A stretch of DNA of 64,000 bases from Sphyrna mokarran (GCA_024679065.1 JAGIQG010000032.1:13268001-13332000), one strand, 5' to 3'. Positions 12,346 through 25,980 are shown, counted from the stretch's first letter. The notes: generated by a model from the sequence alone, not told the origin. Numbers and translations are program-made.

Positions 12346-14835
12346 TAGAACATAGAACATAAAAAAAAACTACAGCACAAACAGACCCTTCGGCCCACAA
12401 GTTGCGCCGATCATATTTCTACTTACTTGGCTTACCTATAACCCTCAATCCTATTAAGTATCATGTACTCATCCAGAAGCTCTTAAAAGACCCTATCGAA
12501 TCTGCCTCCACCATCACTGCCGGCAGGTGATTCCACACATCCACCACCTTCTGAGTGAAAAACGTACCCCTGACACCTCCTCTGCACCTACTCCCCAGCA
12601 CACTAAACCTGTGTCCTCTTATGGCAGCCATTTCAGCCGTGGGAAAAAGCTTCTGAGAATCCACCCGATCAATACCTCTCAACATCTTATATACCTCTAT
12701 CAGGTCACTTCTCATCCTTCATCTCTCCATGGAAAAAAGACCAAGCTCTCTCAACCTATCCTCATTAGGCATGCCAACAATCCAGGCACAGCCTTGTAAA
12801 TCTTCTCTGCACCCCTTCAATGGCTTCCACATCCTTCCTGTAACGACTAGAACTGAGCACAGTACTCCAAGTGGAGTCTGACCAGGGTCTTAATGCTGAC
12901 TCTTAAACTCAATTCCTTGATTGATGAAGGCCAGTACACCATACGCCTTCTTAATCACATCCTCTACCTGCGAAGCCAATTTGAGAGTCCTATGAACCCA
13001 GACTCCAAGATCCTTCTGATTTTTCATATTGCTAAGAGTCATACCCTTAATATTATATTCCTTCATCCCATTTGACCTGCCAAAATGAACGACCATACAC
13101 ACATCTGAGTTGAAGTCCATCTTCCACTTATCTGCCCAATCTTGCATCCTATCTATGTCACACTGCAACTTCTGACATCCCTCCAAACTATCCACAACGC
13201 CTCCAACCTTTGTGTCATTGGCAAACTTACCAACTTATCCCTCCACTTCCTCATCCAGCTCATTTGTAATAATCACAAATAGCAAGAGTCTCAGAACAAA
13301 CCCATGGAATATTCCATTGGTGACCAATCTCTATGCAGAAAAAGACCCATCTACAACCACTCTCTGCCTTCTGTGGGCAAGCCAGTTCTGGATCTACAAA
13401 GCAATGTCCTCTTCGATTCCATTCCCCCTCGCTTTCTCAATAAGTCGTGCATGTGGGACTTATCGAACGCCTTGCTGAAGTCCATATAAACCACGTCTAC
13501 TGCTCTTCCTTCATCAATGCGTTTCATCACATCTTCAGAAAACTCAACCAGGCTCGTATGGCATGATCTGCCTTTGACAAAGCCGTGCTGACTACTTTTG
13601 ATCATACTATACTTCTCCAAATGTTCATAAACCCTGTCTCTCGAGATCTTTTTCATCAACTCACCAACCACTGAGGTTAGACTCACCGGTCAATAATTTC
13701 CTGGGCTATCTCTATTCCCTTTCTTGAATATAGGAACCACACCCACAATCCTCTGGAACCTCTCCCATCTCCATCAATGATGCAAAAATCATCACCAGAG
13801 GTTCTGCAATCTCTTCCCTCACCTCCCACAATAATCTGGGGTACATCCCATCCAGTCCCAGTGACTTATCTATCTTGATGGTATTCAAAAGCTCCAGCAC
13901 ATCCTCTTTCTTAATGTCCATATACTCAAGCTTTTCAGTACGCTGCAAGTCTGCACTTCAAGATCCTTTTCCACTGTGAATGCTGAAGTAAAGTATTCAT
14001 TAAACATCTCTGCTATTTCTACTGGTTCTATACAAACTTTCCCACCGTCACTTTTTGTAGGTCCTATTCCTTCACATCTCATCCTTTTGCTCTTCACATA
14101 CTTGTAGAACACCTTTAGGGTTTTCCTTAATCTTACCTGCCAAGCCTTCTCACGACCCATTCTGGTTCCCCTAATTTCCTTCTTAAGTTCCTCCTCTAGA
14201 TCCCTAACCTTTTCCCGAGTTCCCTGAACCTTTTGTATGCTTTTCTTTTCTTTTTGACTAGATATATTACAACTTTCATGCACCACGGTTCCTGTAAACT
14301 ACCAAAATTTTTCTATCTCAACAGAACGTTGTTGTGCAGAACTTCAGACAAACATTCCTTGAAAATCTGCCACCTTACTTTGGTACATTTCCTTGAGAAA
14401 ACCTCCTTACAATTTATGCCTCTAATTTCCTGCCTGATGGCTTCATATTTCTCCTTACTCCAGATAAACATTTTCCTAGCTTGCCTGATCCTATCTCTGT
14501 CCAATGTTAGTGTAAAGGAGATAAAGTTATGATCACTATCTCCAAAATGCTCTCCCACTGAGAGATCTGACAGCTGTCCAGGTTTGTTACCCAATATCAG
14601 ATCATGTACAGCCTCGCCTCTTCGAGGCTTATCCACATACTGTGTCAGGAAACCCTCCTGAACACACCTAACAAACTCCTCCTCATCCAAACCCCTTATC
14701 CCAGGGATATTCCAATCAATATTTGGGAAATCAAAATCTCCCATTACAACAACTCTTATTATTACATCTCTCCAGGATCTGTTTCCCTGTCTGCTCCTCA
14801 ACATTCCTATTACTATTGGGCGACTTATAGAGAAT
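12346..14835 (-). mobile_element. CR1 LINE ORF2 plus 3' UTR, 5'-truncated and frameshifted
   Basis: Minus-strand ORFs VVVMGDFDFPNIDW...SDHNFISF, SLTSVVG...QHGFVKGRSC...VDVVYMDFSKAFDK, LQCDIDRMQDWADKW, RSDLIEVYK; FAND in place of FADD; atgttct-type tail. Confidence 0.96.
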
Positions 14836-14863
14836 AGCCATGTTCATTTGAGGTGTTTCAATG

Positions 14864-15125
14864 TGTTACAATATAACAAACTAAGAGATTGATTGACTGA
14901 GAAGGATTATGTACAACTGAGGGTTTAACTGCACAATTATACCTGTCTACTCCCGACAATGCCCTGATTCCAACTGAAGCGTTCCAGCCTGGGACTACAC
15001 ACTCTCATTTCCAATTGGCCCAGGTTTGTATGCATGCTTTCCATTGATTCTGACCCAGTCAGGTGGCCTGCAAAGAATCACCCATTAAGAGGGCTACTCC
15101 TTTCCCCTTGGATTACCTATGAACA
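14864..15125 (-). repeat. 3' LTR of the Gypsy element
   Basis: Bounded by tgtt...aaca; aligns without gaps to 17135 onward at roughly 75-80% identity over ~116 bp (by eye). Confidence 0.75.
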
Positions 15126-15269
15126 AACAAAAAGAAAAACAGTTAACACATAGGCAGAGAAACAGCAATATTACAGAAGAGACACTAGGGAAAAACAATT
15201 CATATTGTCAGCCTGTCCAATGACTTCCAGACCCACAACTCTCTCAATGGCTCTCAGCAGCTGACAACA

Positions 15270-15603
15270 CAAGTTCAATTCCAGCCTTGGGTAACTGGAT
15301 GGAGTTTGCTCCTCCTCCCCATGTCTGTGTGGGTTATACCTCCGGGTGATCCAATTCCTCCCACAGTCCAAAGATTTGCAGGTTAAGTTGATTGGCTGTG
15401 GTGAATTGCCCCTCTGTCTCAAGGTGTGTAAGTTAGATGGTAAATATGTGCGGTTACACATATATTTAATCACATGTATGTGTTAAATATATATTTATAG
15501 GATAGGGTGTGGAGAGAGCTTGGTTATGATACTCTGTTGGACAATCAGTGTAGACTTGATGGGCCGAATGGCCTCCTCCTGCACTGTAGAGATTCTATGA
15601 TTT
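15270..15603 (+). mobile_element. HE1/V-SINE (5'-truncated) nested in the Gypsy element
   Basis: V-domain ggagtttgc...ttcctcccacagtccaaagat; CR1-type tail gatgggccgaatggcctcctcctgcactgtagagattctatga. Confidence 0.88.
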
Positions 15604-15862
15604 GTCTTAACCAGTCGAATCCTATGACACTGGGTCTTTGTACTTCAAACACCATGATGGGTAACTGGTTCCTATAGGATACAGGCATGGAGATTGTCCT
15701 CACTATTCTTAATGTCTTTCCATTGTACATAGCCATTCTGAGGCCAATTTGGCAAAGACTTGAGGGTTACAGTCCTGTCTGAAGATATTTGAATGTTTCT
15801 TCACCTACCGTTAGCAATTAAACAATCTCAGTGGGAAGTATCTGACTATGTTGAACTGGTAA

Positions 15863-16155
15863 GGTGGCACAATAGTTAGCACTGCTGCCTTACAGGTTCA
15901 CTTCCAGCTTCAGGACAATATCTCTGTCATGTTTGCACATTCTCCCTGTGTCTGCATGGGTTTCTTCTGAGTGCTCCGGTTTCCTCCCACAGTCCAAAAA
16001 TATGCGGGTTAGTTTGATTGGCCATGCTAAATTGACCCTAGTATCAGGGGGATTAGCAAGATAAATATGTGGGGTTACGAAAATAGGGCTGGAAGGGATT
16101 ATTGTCAGTGCAGACTCGATTGGCTGAGTGGCTTCCTTCTGCATTGCAGGGATTG
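15863..16155 (+). mobile_element. HE1/V-SINE nested in the Gypsy element
   Basis: Head ggtggcacaatagttagcactgctgcc; V-domain gtttgcacattctccctgtgtctgc...gctccggtttcctcccacagtcc; CR1-type tail. Confidence 0.9.
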
Positions 16156-17129
16156 AGTGTGTAATTCTTGAATCCCTCTTTGAGTCCTCTGCCAGCTTAA
16201 TCACAGGGGTTATTTTCACCATTTCATTGTTTCTTTGCAACATTCTATGTAGCCTGCTTCACTCTACATTTCTCTCGCAGATGATCCTTCTTGCATCTAA
16301 AGCAGATAAAACTTTTGCCGAGGCACATCTCTTGGGAGTGGTCTCCCGCACACTGAAAAAATGCCTCCGTCTCTGGTGCTGAACAACAACTCTCAGGTTC
16401 TGCTGCATCTTCACTCAGGCTGTTCCCAGTAGCAACCATTTCAAATCACAACTGGTTCACCTCACTCTGCGTGCTGTGCAGCTCACACATGTCTTGCTTA
16501 GCACATTCAGGCATTTGAGCCACCTCTGCTGCCTTTTCTAGTGAAATTTTGGTTTCAGCAAGCAGTTTCTTTTGGATGTTGGGGTTGTGGATCTCACAAA
16601 CCAAACGATCCCTCAATGTGTTTTCCAATGAAGACCCAAGCTTGTGGCCTCAGACAGCCATCAAGATCTGGCCACAAAGCCAGAGGCTGTCCCTCCTGGC
16701 TCCTGAACAGCAGAGTGGAATTTGTACCTTTACATAATAACTGAAGGTCTGGAGTTATGGTGATCCTTTACTAAGTTTATTAACTGGTCAAAGGCTTGCG
16801 TGTCAGAAGCTTCGGGTGACATCAAATTCCTCAACAGATTATGAATCTGTGGACTGCAGACTATGAGCGGCATCACCTTCTGCTTCTCTTCAGCTGTTAT
16901 TTCATTGGCTGCAAAATCTTTCAATGTACTGCACCCTTTCCTCCTGCCCACCAGCCAGCCGCCCCCCCCAATTCTCTACTTGTGGATCAAATGGCTCTAT
17001 TATCCCAAATAGCAGCATCTTTAAAATGGAGTCTATACCTTTTCATCTTTGAACTTTGAGTTATCATTCTCCTCCCCTTCTTATTCTGGACTGTGGGCTT
17101 TCAACAACTGATCCGGTTTGTCCTCGTTG

Positions 17130-17352
17130 GTAAGTAACAAACTGAAAGATTTATTGTTTGAGAAGAACCATGTACAATTAATGGTTTAACAGTGTAACTA
17201 TACAGATCTACTCCCAACAACGCTCTGACACCAACTGAAGTCTTCCAGCTCCAGGAATGTATGCCCTTATTCCCAAATAGTCCAGGTTCACACACACTCC
17301 ATTGGTTCCGGCCTGGTCATTAAAGGGGCCATGCTACCATGGTATTACCATG
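17130..17352 (-). repeat. 5' LTR of the Gypsy element (ends eroded)
   Basis: Shares taacaaact, atgtacaa, ggtttaac, tctactccc and ccaactgaag blocks, in order, with 14874-14990. Confidence 0.72.
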
Positions 17353-17629
17353 TTGGTGGAGTGTTTAAAATTGAGGATCCTCAAGAGGCTGGAATTAGAT
17401 GAGCACAAGGATCTTGGAGCATAGAGGAATGGGGAAAAATTTAGTGCTACAGTTTTAGATTGCGGTGGGGGCCAAATATGATGACATTGGTTTTTGACTG
17501 TTTAATCAGAAGAAATTGCTGTTCTTGCAGGACAGAATATATAGAACAAGTAACTTGATGACGTAGAGAGAGTGGTAGAGACAAAGATAATCTGGGCTTC
17601 CATTTGGCCTTTGATCCTTTGTTATACAA

Positions 17630-17797
17630 TTTTGTCTTTTAAAAAGCATTTAGACAGTTACATGGACAACATGGGTATAGATGAATATAGGCCAAATGCA
17701 GGCAATTGGGACTAGCTTAGTGGTAAAAACTGGGCAGCATGGACAAGTTTGGCTGTTGGGCCTGTTTCTTATTCTGAACACCTTTATGATTCTATAC
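17630..17797 (+). mobile_element. CR1 3' end fragment
   Basis: tttaaaaagcatttagacagttacatgga...gggcctgtttc...tatgattctata. Confidence 0.75.
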
Positions 17798-20320
17798 CAG
17801 CTTGTTCATTTAGATACTTTTTTTTTGTTCACTTCAATTTCCTTAGTTTTCCACACTGCGTGACTACACTATAAAGCTAGACAGTAGACCTGTTCAAAGA
17901 ATTTTGCCAATATTTTTCTGTAATTTTCTGCAGTGAGGTGGATGGGCAGGGAAGTGGGATTCAAGAAGATGTTTACCGCCTTTTATTAACTTATTGGCAA
18001 ATTGCATCTGTCATAAAAGATATGATTATAATAGTGAAAAATTCTCTTTTCAAATTGAATATGTATAGCGGCTGGCTTGTTTCACTCAAAGACTCTTACA
18101 GAGATGACCTAAATACTTGCTTTCCAGTACTGCATTTAATAGATTAAAAATATAGTTTTTGCTGATTCTTCATTTATATTAGTCACATTTTGACTTTGAT
18201 AAATGATTATTGAAAAATCTTTTTCAGAGTTACTTTCAGTGAAAAGTGAATTAAAGCAATGCCCAGAGTTGTAGTTCGAGGTGATCATAGAATGGATAAA
18301 CTATATATTTTCTGGATTTTGGCCCCTGTCCACAGGAGCTTGTGCATCTAAATGACAGCATTATCCTACCAAGGACATTATTTATAGTGAGTAATGTGTG
18401 GGTTCATTTTAAATGAGAAGTAGGTGCAGTAATTTTCCACGCTGCAATACCCTGACCCATTACCAAAGTCAAAGAATGTTCTAATATGCTGTTGCTTAAG
18501 CATCTGTTAAGTCTTTGGTAAACCTTTCTATTACAATTATCTAAAAGCAGACCCACTGGGCATGCAGATGAAAAAGGATAAACTGCAGGAATGTCTAAAA
18601 CTGGAGATTTAGCAAAGAAATTTGCATGCTGTTTGAGCAATGTCGCCCTGCCTTTTGATGGAAAATTTTCTTGAAATTATGGGATTTTTACCGTGTTGTT
18701 AACAAAATAAAAAGCTTTGCAGATCTCCAAATCATAGAATTTGTAAGATATATATGGGAAATTGCAGTTGTATACTTAAAACACGTAGTAAACATGCTGT
18801 GAAGCATACTGTTTGGTATTTATGTCTTTTGGAACAAAACATAAAATGTAATGCAGTAGATAAGCATAGTTTATTTATGTATAAATTTTCTACAGTGTGT
18901 GTACTGATCTATAATGTTTGGTATTGGAGGTTTGTTGAAATAACAATGAACCACAGTGAGTGATGAAGCATTTATAAAGAAGAAATTGTCCCCAAAACAA
19001 AATTTTTGCGCACGATCTGTGATGCTGCATTTATCACGACACTTCAGAGCTTCACATCTGGTTCTTAAAATGCATAAACTCTTGCAAATGGAGTGCTTTA
19101 TTTTGTCAAGCATTTTTGTATGCGGGCGAGAAATTATTGTTTTAATCTGAAAAATTTATAACGGTAGTTTAAGTATGCCTCAGCCTGTAATAGTGTATTA
19201 TGTTAAATCTACATTTTGGAAATATCATGTTTATGTAGCCGAGTGTAACACTTTCCAACAGTGGTTGCAAATCAATAATTGCATCATAGATCATGCTTTT
19301 TCATTTTTTAATAGGCTATACATTCAAGGTAACCAGATTGTAAAGTGTGTAGATATCTTTATTACACCCTTTATATACTTTTTAGTGAGATGTAAACATG
19401 TCAAGTGAAAAATCAATATTCATCTTTTCAAGGCTTACACTTCAAATAAACTGGTAAAATCTAAATATTGCCGTACTGTTAGTTTAAATAGTCAGAAACC
19501 TGACCATAAAAATAAAAGGATTTAAAAGTTATTGGATTACTTTGAAACCAAAACTGGATGAGGACAAAACAATCCATATGGGAAAGATGCCTTGGTTTGA
19601 AACACATTTATGTAATTAATAATTGGTATAACCAGGTGAAGAAAGTGGGAATGGCACCCCGATTCCCCCCTCCTTTAAATGCGGCAGGATTTTTTAAAAA
19701 ATTGTATGCTTGTCAATTGAGTGAATATTGAACCGCTTACATGTGGTGACTGTAAAAGACCCAAACAGGCAGGTTTCCTTAATTTTTTTAAAAAAAGAAA
19801 AGAGAGTGTTTTTTTGTTCTTAACCTGGTTGAGTAAAGTAATAACACCCCAATTTTCATTTGCATGCACATTCAGTTCACACATACAAAAATTGATTCCG
19901 AAGTGGGAGGATGGATTAAGTGATTTATTTTTAAACTCCAATAAAAAATTGAATATTTCTGTTACCGACTGGTATTTCTGATGTGGTTCTTGATACTTGA
20001 TTAGATCAGGCTGAGTTCAATGGTCCTTCTGGTTTCAGTGTTAAGGTAGTTTGAAGTAGACTAACAATTTATCATCTAAAGAGATCAACTATACTAGGTT
20101 ACATTCTTTAAAAATCACTGTTCACAATATATGGATAATCAAACAGCAGGTAGGGCTCAAGCTTGAGGAACAGGTGGAGACAGAGAGGTCCACGTAGGTA
20201 TATCATGTGCTATTTGTTTCCTGATTGGCTTGTTTCTTCATGGTTCTTGGAGTACACAACATTTGTTATCTGAAGTTAGTTTCCATCATGTGACCACATG
20301 ATCAATTCTTCCATGAATTC

Positions 20321-20793
20321 CATGAAGGGCATTGGATTATGAGGAGAGAATAAATAGGCTAGGTTTGTACTTTTGGAGTTTAGAAGGCTGAGAGGGGATC
20401 TTATAGAAATGTATAAGATAATAAAGGGGATGAGTAGGGTAGAGATTGAGAGACTCTTCCAGCTTAACAAAGATAGCAGGGCTAGAGGGCACAGCCTCAA
20501 GATTGGGGGGATGCAGTTCAGATCAGAGTTGAGGAGGAATTTCTTCATGCAAAGGGTGGTGAATCTTTGGAATTCTCTGCCTGTTGAAGTGGTGGAGGCT
20601 ACCTTGCTGAATATATTTAAGTCAAGAGTGGATAGGTTTTTGATTGACAAGGGAATTAAGGTTATGGGGAGAAAGCGGGAAAGTGGTACTGAACCACTAC
20701 AGATCAACTATGATCTTATTGAATGGCGGGGCAGGCTCGAGGAGCTGGATGGCCTACTCCTGCTCCTATTTCATGTGTTCTTATGTTCTTATG
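20321..20793 (+). mobile_element. CR1 3' end (ORF2 C-terminus plus 3' UTR), relatively young
   Basis: ORF 20373: EFRRLRGDLIEMYKII...RGHSLKI...RRNFFMQRVVNLWNSLP; gttcttat tail; possible 7-bp TSD atgaatt (20313-20319 and 20791-20797). Confidence 0.95.
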
Positions 20794-21439
20794 AATTGGT
20801 TTCTCTGTAGGTCTCTGTGTTAAGTATCAAGCTTAGAGACAAGGAGCATAGGTTTTGAGTTTTGGTATTTGCATTTCAATGGAAACAGTTGATGATTTAA
20901 ATGACCGGCTGCCATCCTAAGACGTACATGTACAAAATGTGTCTGTCCCCAGTCCCCCACAAAAATAGGAAGTTCCACATTTGGGAATTTTTGAGATTTT
21001 CACTATTTTTGCTAAGAAACAGTGGGTCTTCATCATTGCAGCAATCTAGGCCTGAGTAATTGCAGTAACTATGTACCTGTCGAAAGTAATTATTTTATTG
21101 GCTTCCTATCAGTAATGTTTTTAGTTCGGTAAATATCGAAGTCACTCAAAGTACTTCAGCAATTCACTTGACTATATTCATTTTAATTATGTAACACAAG
21201 ATGTGTTTGTGAACCTCAAATTCTGTCCTATGTTATTCAACGAGGTGATCCATTGGATCATGGCTTTTTTTTTGATACTCTCTTTTCCTCTTCGTTTTGT
21301 TGTCATCAATCTCCAAATCCTCAAATCCTTCCCACAGACTCTGCTGCTGTCTGGTTCAATCCTAGATGATGGCCTTCAAGACTTGATGCATAAATTGCCT
21401 ATGTTCATGCTTTCAGCATGTCAGGAAGAGCTTCTTTTG

Positions 21440-22880
21440 TCCTCCCTTGGAGTATCTGCCCTGACTGAGCTGGAAGAAGAAAACCTGCTTTAGGAGCTTG
21501 GAATTTGGCATCTGGACTATATGAACAACTCAAAGAAGCTGATGGTGAATGACTATAGCTTCAATGTTTGTGGTGCCTGCATATGAGAGAGCATTGATAT
21601 TGGTGTGTCTGTCCTCCCACTTACTATATAAGATCATAACCATGTTGATTGTTTAACTCCAGTGCTTGAGATGCCTCCAGTGCATTGTCCATTTTTCAAC
21701 TTGCAAGGTAAGGTTGACATCGCAACCACATGGTAGACCATGAGCTTGGTTTCAGTTTTGCTGCTGCAATCTTCAAGCACTTGCCTCTTACAGTTACTGA
21801 AGACTGCACCAGCAGATTTCAAGTGATGCTGGAGTTCTTTTTGAATGTCTATCATCTGTGATAGATAATCTCCCAGTGTTCCACATTTTCCTAGCACTCA
21901 TTATGAATCCTAATCAGTGGGACTGGGGTGAGTGCATTTGGAGCTTTCTGATAGAGGGCTTTAGTTTCTGAATGTTGACTGTAAGTCCCATCTTCTCGTA
22001 CGCCACAGTAAATACGTCAGTGATTCTCTGGAGATCCATTTTCACCATGGCACTTACTGAGAGATCGTCAGCATACAGAAGCTCAATAACAGGTTGGGAT
22101 AATCTTAGTTTTTGATTGCAGCTATCAGAGATTAAATAGTTTCCTATTCATTCAATAAATAAGCTACCGTCCAGAGAATATGTCTCAGTTGGATAGATCA
22201 TAGCAGCATGGAAGATCAAAAAAGAGTTGGAGCAATGATACAACCTAATCTTAAAGAAGACCGTAATGGATCCATTGTTAAGGATCCACACTCACATATC
22301 ACTCTGAAGCATGAAAACTAACTTTGGAGGGCATCCACACTTCTTCATGATTTCCTCATAATTTACAGAGTTGAAGGAATTTGCTAAGACAAAGGACGAC
22401 ATGCAGAAAATTTAATGTTGTTCATTGGCAAGCTGTAAAAATCATGTCAGTCATGCCTCTTGCTGGCTAAAACCTACATTAAGGTTCAGGCAGTTGCTCT
22501 CGAGCAAATATATTGGTTTAGAAAGGTTCTTGCAATGCTCTTTCCTGCTGTGAAAAACAGAAACCTTTATAATTTGCACTGTTGAATTCTCCTTGTTGTT
22601 TTTCTTGCTTGAAGATTATCACAATTAAAACATCCTTGAGATAATTGAGATTGTCTCTTCATTCCAATGTGGAGGGTGAGGAGATGTAAAGTTAGCTCCT
22701 CTCCTCTGTGGGAGTTCCATCACCACCTGCTTTATTGTTTCTCATTTGTGTTAAGACTTTGGTAGAGTTCTGAGTTTGTCTCTAACTGGGTGTTGTGAGA
22801 TGGAGTTGACATCTAATAAACATCCTCTGTATCCTGCCCAAGGTCTTGACACTCTTCGTAAATTGTGCTCCCTAGAATTA
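21440..22880 (-). mobile_element. RTE-clade LINE RT remnant
   Basis: Minus-strand IELLYADD (~22065-22088), LPE..C.F.PARGMTDMIF (~22440-22495), TKLMVY.VV. Confidence 0.85.
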
Positions 22881-23269
22881 TTCACAATGCTCCACTGAGG
22901 CCTAACCAATGGTTTAGAATGATCTCTTTATCCTTACATGCAATATTCCTTTTTACCAATCCAAATTTCCTGCATATTTTCATATCTATCTTACCAACTT
23001 TGGCACTTCCAAGGATTTATGAACATCATTCCTCAGGACCATTTGCTTTTGCACCACCTCATAATAATACCATTTAGATTATTCTGCATTTTGATATTAT
23101 TTGTCTGACATGTATCATCACTCACACTTGACTATATTAAATTGCAGTTCTGATGTTTGCAGCAATCGATGTCCTCCTGAAATCTGCTACCGCCCTCTTC
23201 ACTATTTCCGATGTTGCCCCAATGGAGGGATGGTATACTCCTTATACCCAAGTCCAGGTTATTTATGCA

Positions 23270-23960
23270 TAACTAAAAAAGCAACCATCCTGATAATACA
23301 TTGGGGACCTCATTGCATGCTTTCCTCCAGTCAGAAAAAACAACTGTTGACCAGTATCCTGCCTCTTAACTCTTAATCAAGTACGTACCCAAATTCCCAC
23401 CATCTTTTTAACATAATGTGCTTTGTTTTTCAAATAAACCAGTTATATGGTATTTTATCGAATGTTTTTAAAAGCCTACATATACAACATGTACTGCACC
23501 ACCTTAACCAACTCTATTACTTTGTCAAATCATTCAACCAAGTTAACCAGACCAATTAATTATTAACAAATCTGTGCTCTTTAAATTATACTTCTCCAAG
23601 TGAGAATAAACTTTCCTCCTGGTCTCTAGCAGTTTACTTCTGACTTTAGGCCGACTTCCTTTTAGTTACAGATTTATTCCCCTCACATTTTGGAAAAAGA
23701 CAGCAACACTTATAATCCATCAGTTCTCTCTTATCACTCCTATATCCAAAGAAACTTGCAAGATTTTGAACAGTGCTTTTCTATCTTCTAACTTTGCTCA
23801 GCAACCAAATTGCTGGACTGGATGACTTATTAACTTAATATGGCAACCTTTTAGTATCTCCTTTCCATGTTTATTCTTTCCAATAACTCTGCTCCCTACC
23901 ATCCCTTTGCTGCAACATTAGCTTTATCCTCTTTTATGAAGACAGCTGCATTTTCTCATT
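23270..23960 (-). mobile_element. Very decayed CR1 RT fragment
   Basis: tggtattttatcgaatgttttta...atatacaacat is the reverse complement of a VVY..F.K.FDK.P-like motif; collinear with 13200-13990. Confidence 0.55.
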
Positions 23961-24177
23961 CTGAACTTCATTAATGCACAAGAACATTTCATTTTTTTTT
24001 AATTGGCTCCACTATTCCTTTATATTTCTGTATATAAATTGTTGCAAAAATATAAACTAAACTTGGAATTTTAAGTTATGCCTTATCTGACTTCTTCCCA
24101 CCAACCTGCCAATTTTGCAAAAAGATAAAATTGCAAATATCGAAAATTGTTTTGATTGTGTACACACAGCAGACAGT

Positions 24178-24630
24178 TTGTTTAGAAGGATGGGGGGGAG
24201 GAGGAATCTTATTAAAACTTCTAGGATACTGCAAGGCCTGGATAGAGTGGATGTGGAGAGGATTTTTAAAGTTTATTTATTTGTCACGAGTAAGTCACAT
24301 TAACAAATCTGCAGATTTGTTTCCACTAGTAGGAAAAACTAGAATCAGAGGGCACAATCTCAGGACTATCATTTAAACAGAGATGAGGAGAAATTCTTCA
24401 GCCAGAGAGTGGTGAATCTGTGGAACTCATTGCCGCAGAAGACTGTGGAGGTCTAGTTATTGGGTACCTTTAAGGTAGAGATAGATAGGTTCTTGATTAA
24501 TAAGGAGAACAGAGATTATGAAGAAAAGACAGGAGAATGGGGATGAGAAAAATATCAGCCATGATTGAATGGTGAAGCAGAGTTGGCAGGCCAAGTGGCC
24601 TAATTCTGTTCTTGTATCTTATGGTCTTAT
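24178..24630 (+). mobile_element. CR1 3' end with a short antisense SINE-tail insert (~24266-24304)
   Basis: LDRVDVER.F...TRIRGHNL; cagccagagagtggtgaatctgtggaactc; tail tcttatggtcttat; insert aaagtttatttatttgtcacgagta. Confidence 0.9.
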
Positions 24631-25169
24631 CAGTGTATGAGTTTAAGAATTGTTATTATTACTGACCTCAGTCATAGGAAAGCATGTGCCTTAAAACTTG
24701 TCAATTAAGTTCAAGTCTGTGTAGATTGAAAATACTATGTATTGATAACTTCAGTGTTTAGTTCCCTCCTCTACTGAAATTAGTGAGCTAAAAACAAGCT
24801 GGCAGGTCTGCATTACACTAGCTGTATATCTAGTAAGCTTTGGTGGTGCATTTCAGCATTCAATAGTTTATAGGTTATTTTACCTGGAGTTGGTAAGTAC
24901 CTCTGAACTTACCAATAAGAATCACTTGACTACAGGTAGGTGTGCAGACATTAACTGATTTTAAAGTCTCAGTAGTCCAGAGTATCCAAGACCAGCTTAT
25001 TATTGCTTCTATATTGAAATAGATTAAGGCCATAGTTATATTGCCACCCCAAGCTTTCTTTCTCAATTTTAATAATTACAATTTCCATTTCCACTGCAGC
25101 TCTTCTTGCCTCTCTACTTGAATCATCAACTTTTGATTTCTCTAAATTTCTCCAGCAATATAAACTCAC

Positions 25170-25980
25170 CCACCCATTTACAAGAAAGTTAATTCCTTCC
25201 TCAGAGTTCCAAATGGCAAGCCCTTAATCCATCTCCTAATGTGCTCCAAGAACCAATCCAAATTCACATCGAGCCCATTTCATGGTCCTGTCAAGAAAGA
25301 TGTACTAGATCCAAGCTGACCAGTTTAAAAATTACACCTGATCTCACACTTGAACCTATGCTTGATTTTTTAAAAAAACTTTTTACTCCATTCTTAAAGA
25401 CAATTGTCAGAGAGGACGAGGTAGATTCAACTGTATTTCTTTGTGTGCTGAAAAACTCAAATTCAAATTCAATCCAATTCATGGTCCACACAGAGACAAA
25501 CAAGGTCCAAGCTGACAAAATAAGGCATTGCATTCCATCTTAGGCTTGATCTTAGTCAAAAGGCCGAAAACTATTTCTTTCCAAAAATAGATTATATTTA
25601 TAAAATCTCTGCAAGATGATTCCAAATATTGCCAATTGGCTATCACATACAGTGCAATAATATTCAAAATCTGAGATGCTTCAATACAGTCAAAGAAACG
25701 TTATAGACATTTTAAAATGGTCCTTAAAATTCGTGCGAAGGTATTTAAAGATTGTCTGCACAGAGCCCGTTGCACTCTGCAGTGCTTCAGAACAACTGGG
25801 ATGCATGTAATATTCACTGAATGCAGAGAAGCCTTATTCACATTCTTGACTTCTATGGCCTGCCCACACCCAGTATCTCAATAACTGACCCAGGTTAGCT
25901 TGACCATTTGTTTGGTGTCACTTAACCTCAAAACATTCCTCACAATTCATCATTTCAGTCAAAGTTGATCACCCATTCTA
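25170..25980 (+). mobile_element. Highly decayed Ty3/Gypsy RT-RNase H remnant
   Basis: Fragmentary FLRVPNG...SPNVLQ (cf. FLRMPFG..SAPEVFQ), IQFMVH...VQADKI (cf. FMGH....G..D..KI), EPVALCSASEQLG (cf. PV.L.CDAS..GLG). Confidence 0.5.

Larger units (their letters stand above)
14864..17352 (-). mobile_element. Internally deleted Ty3/Gypsy (Mag-like) LTR retrotransposon: LTR - gag - partial protease - LTR
   Basis: Gag FAANEIT.EEKQKV...LLRNLMSP...HHNSRPSVIM, LRDRLVC.I.NPNIQKKLLAE..ISLEKA; knuckle-like CFRCKK; protease tail SVIGFDWL; direct repeats at both ends; PBS remnant acgagga (rc ~17121-17127). Confidence 0.88.
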
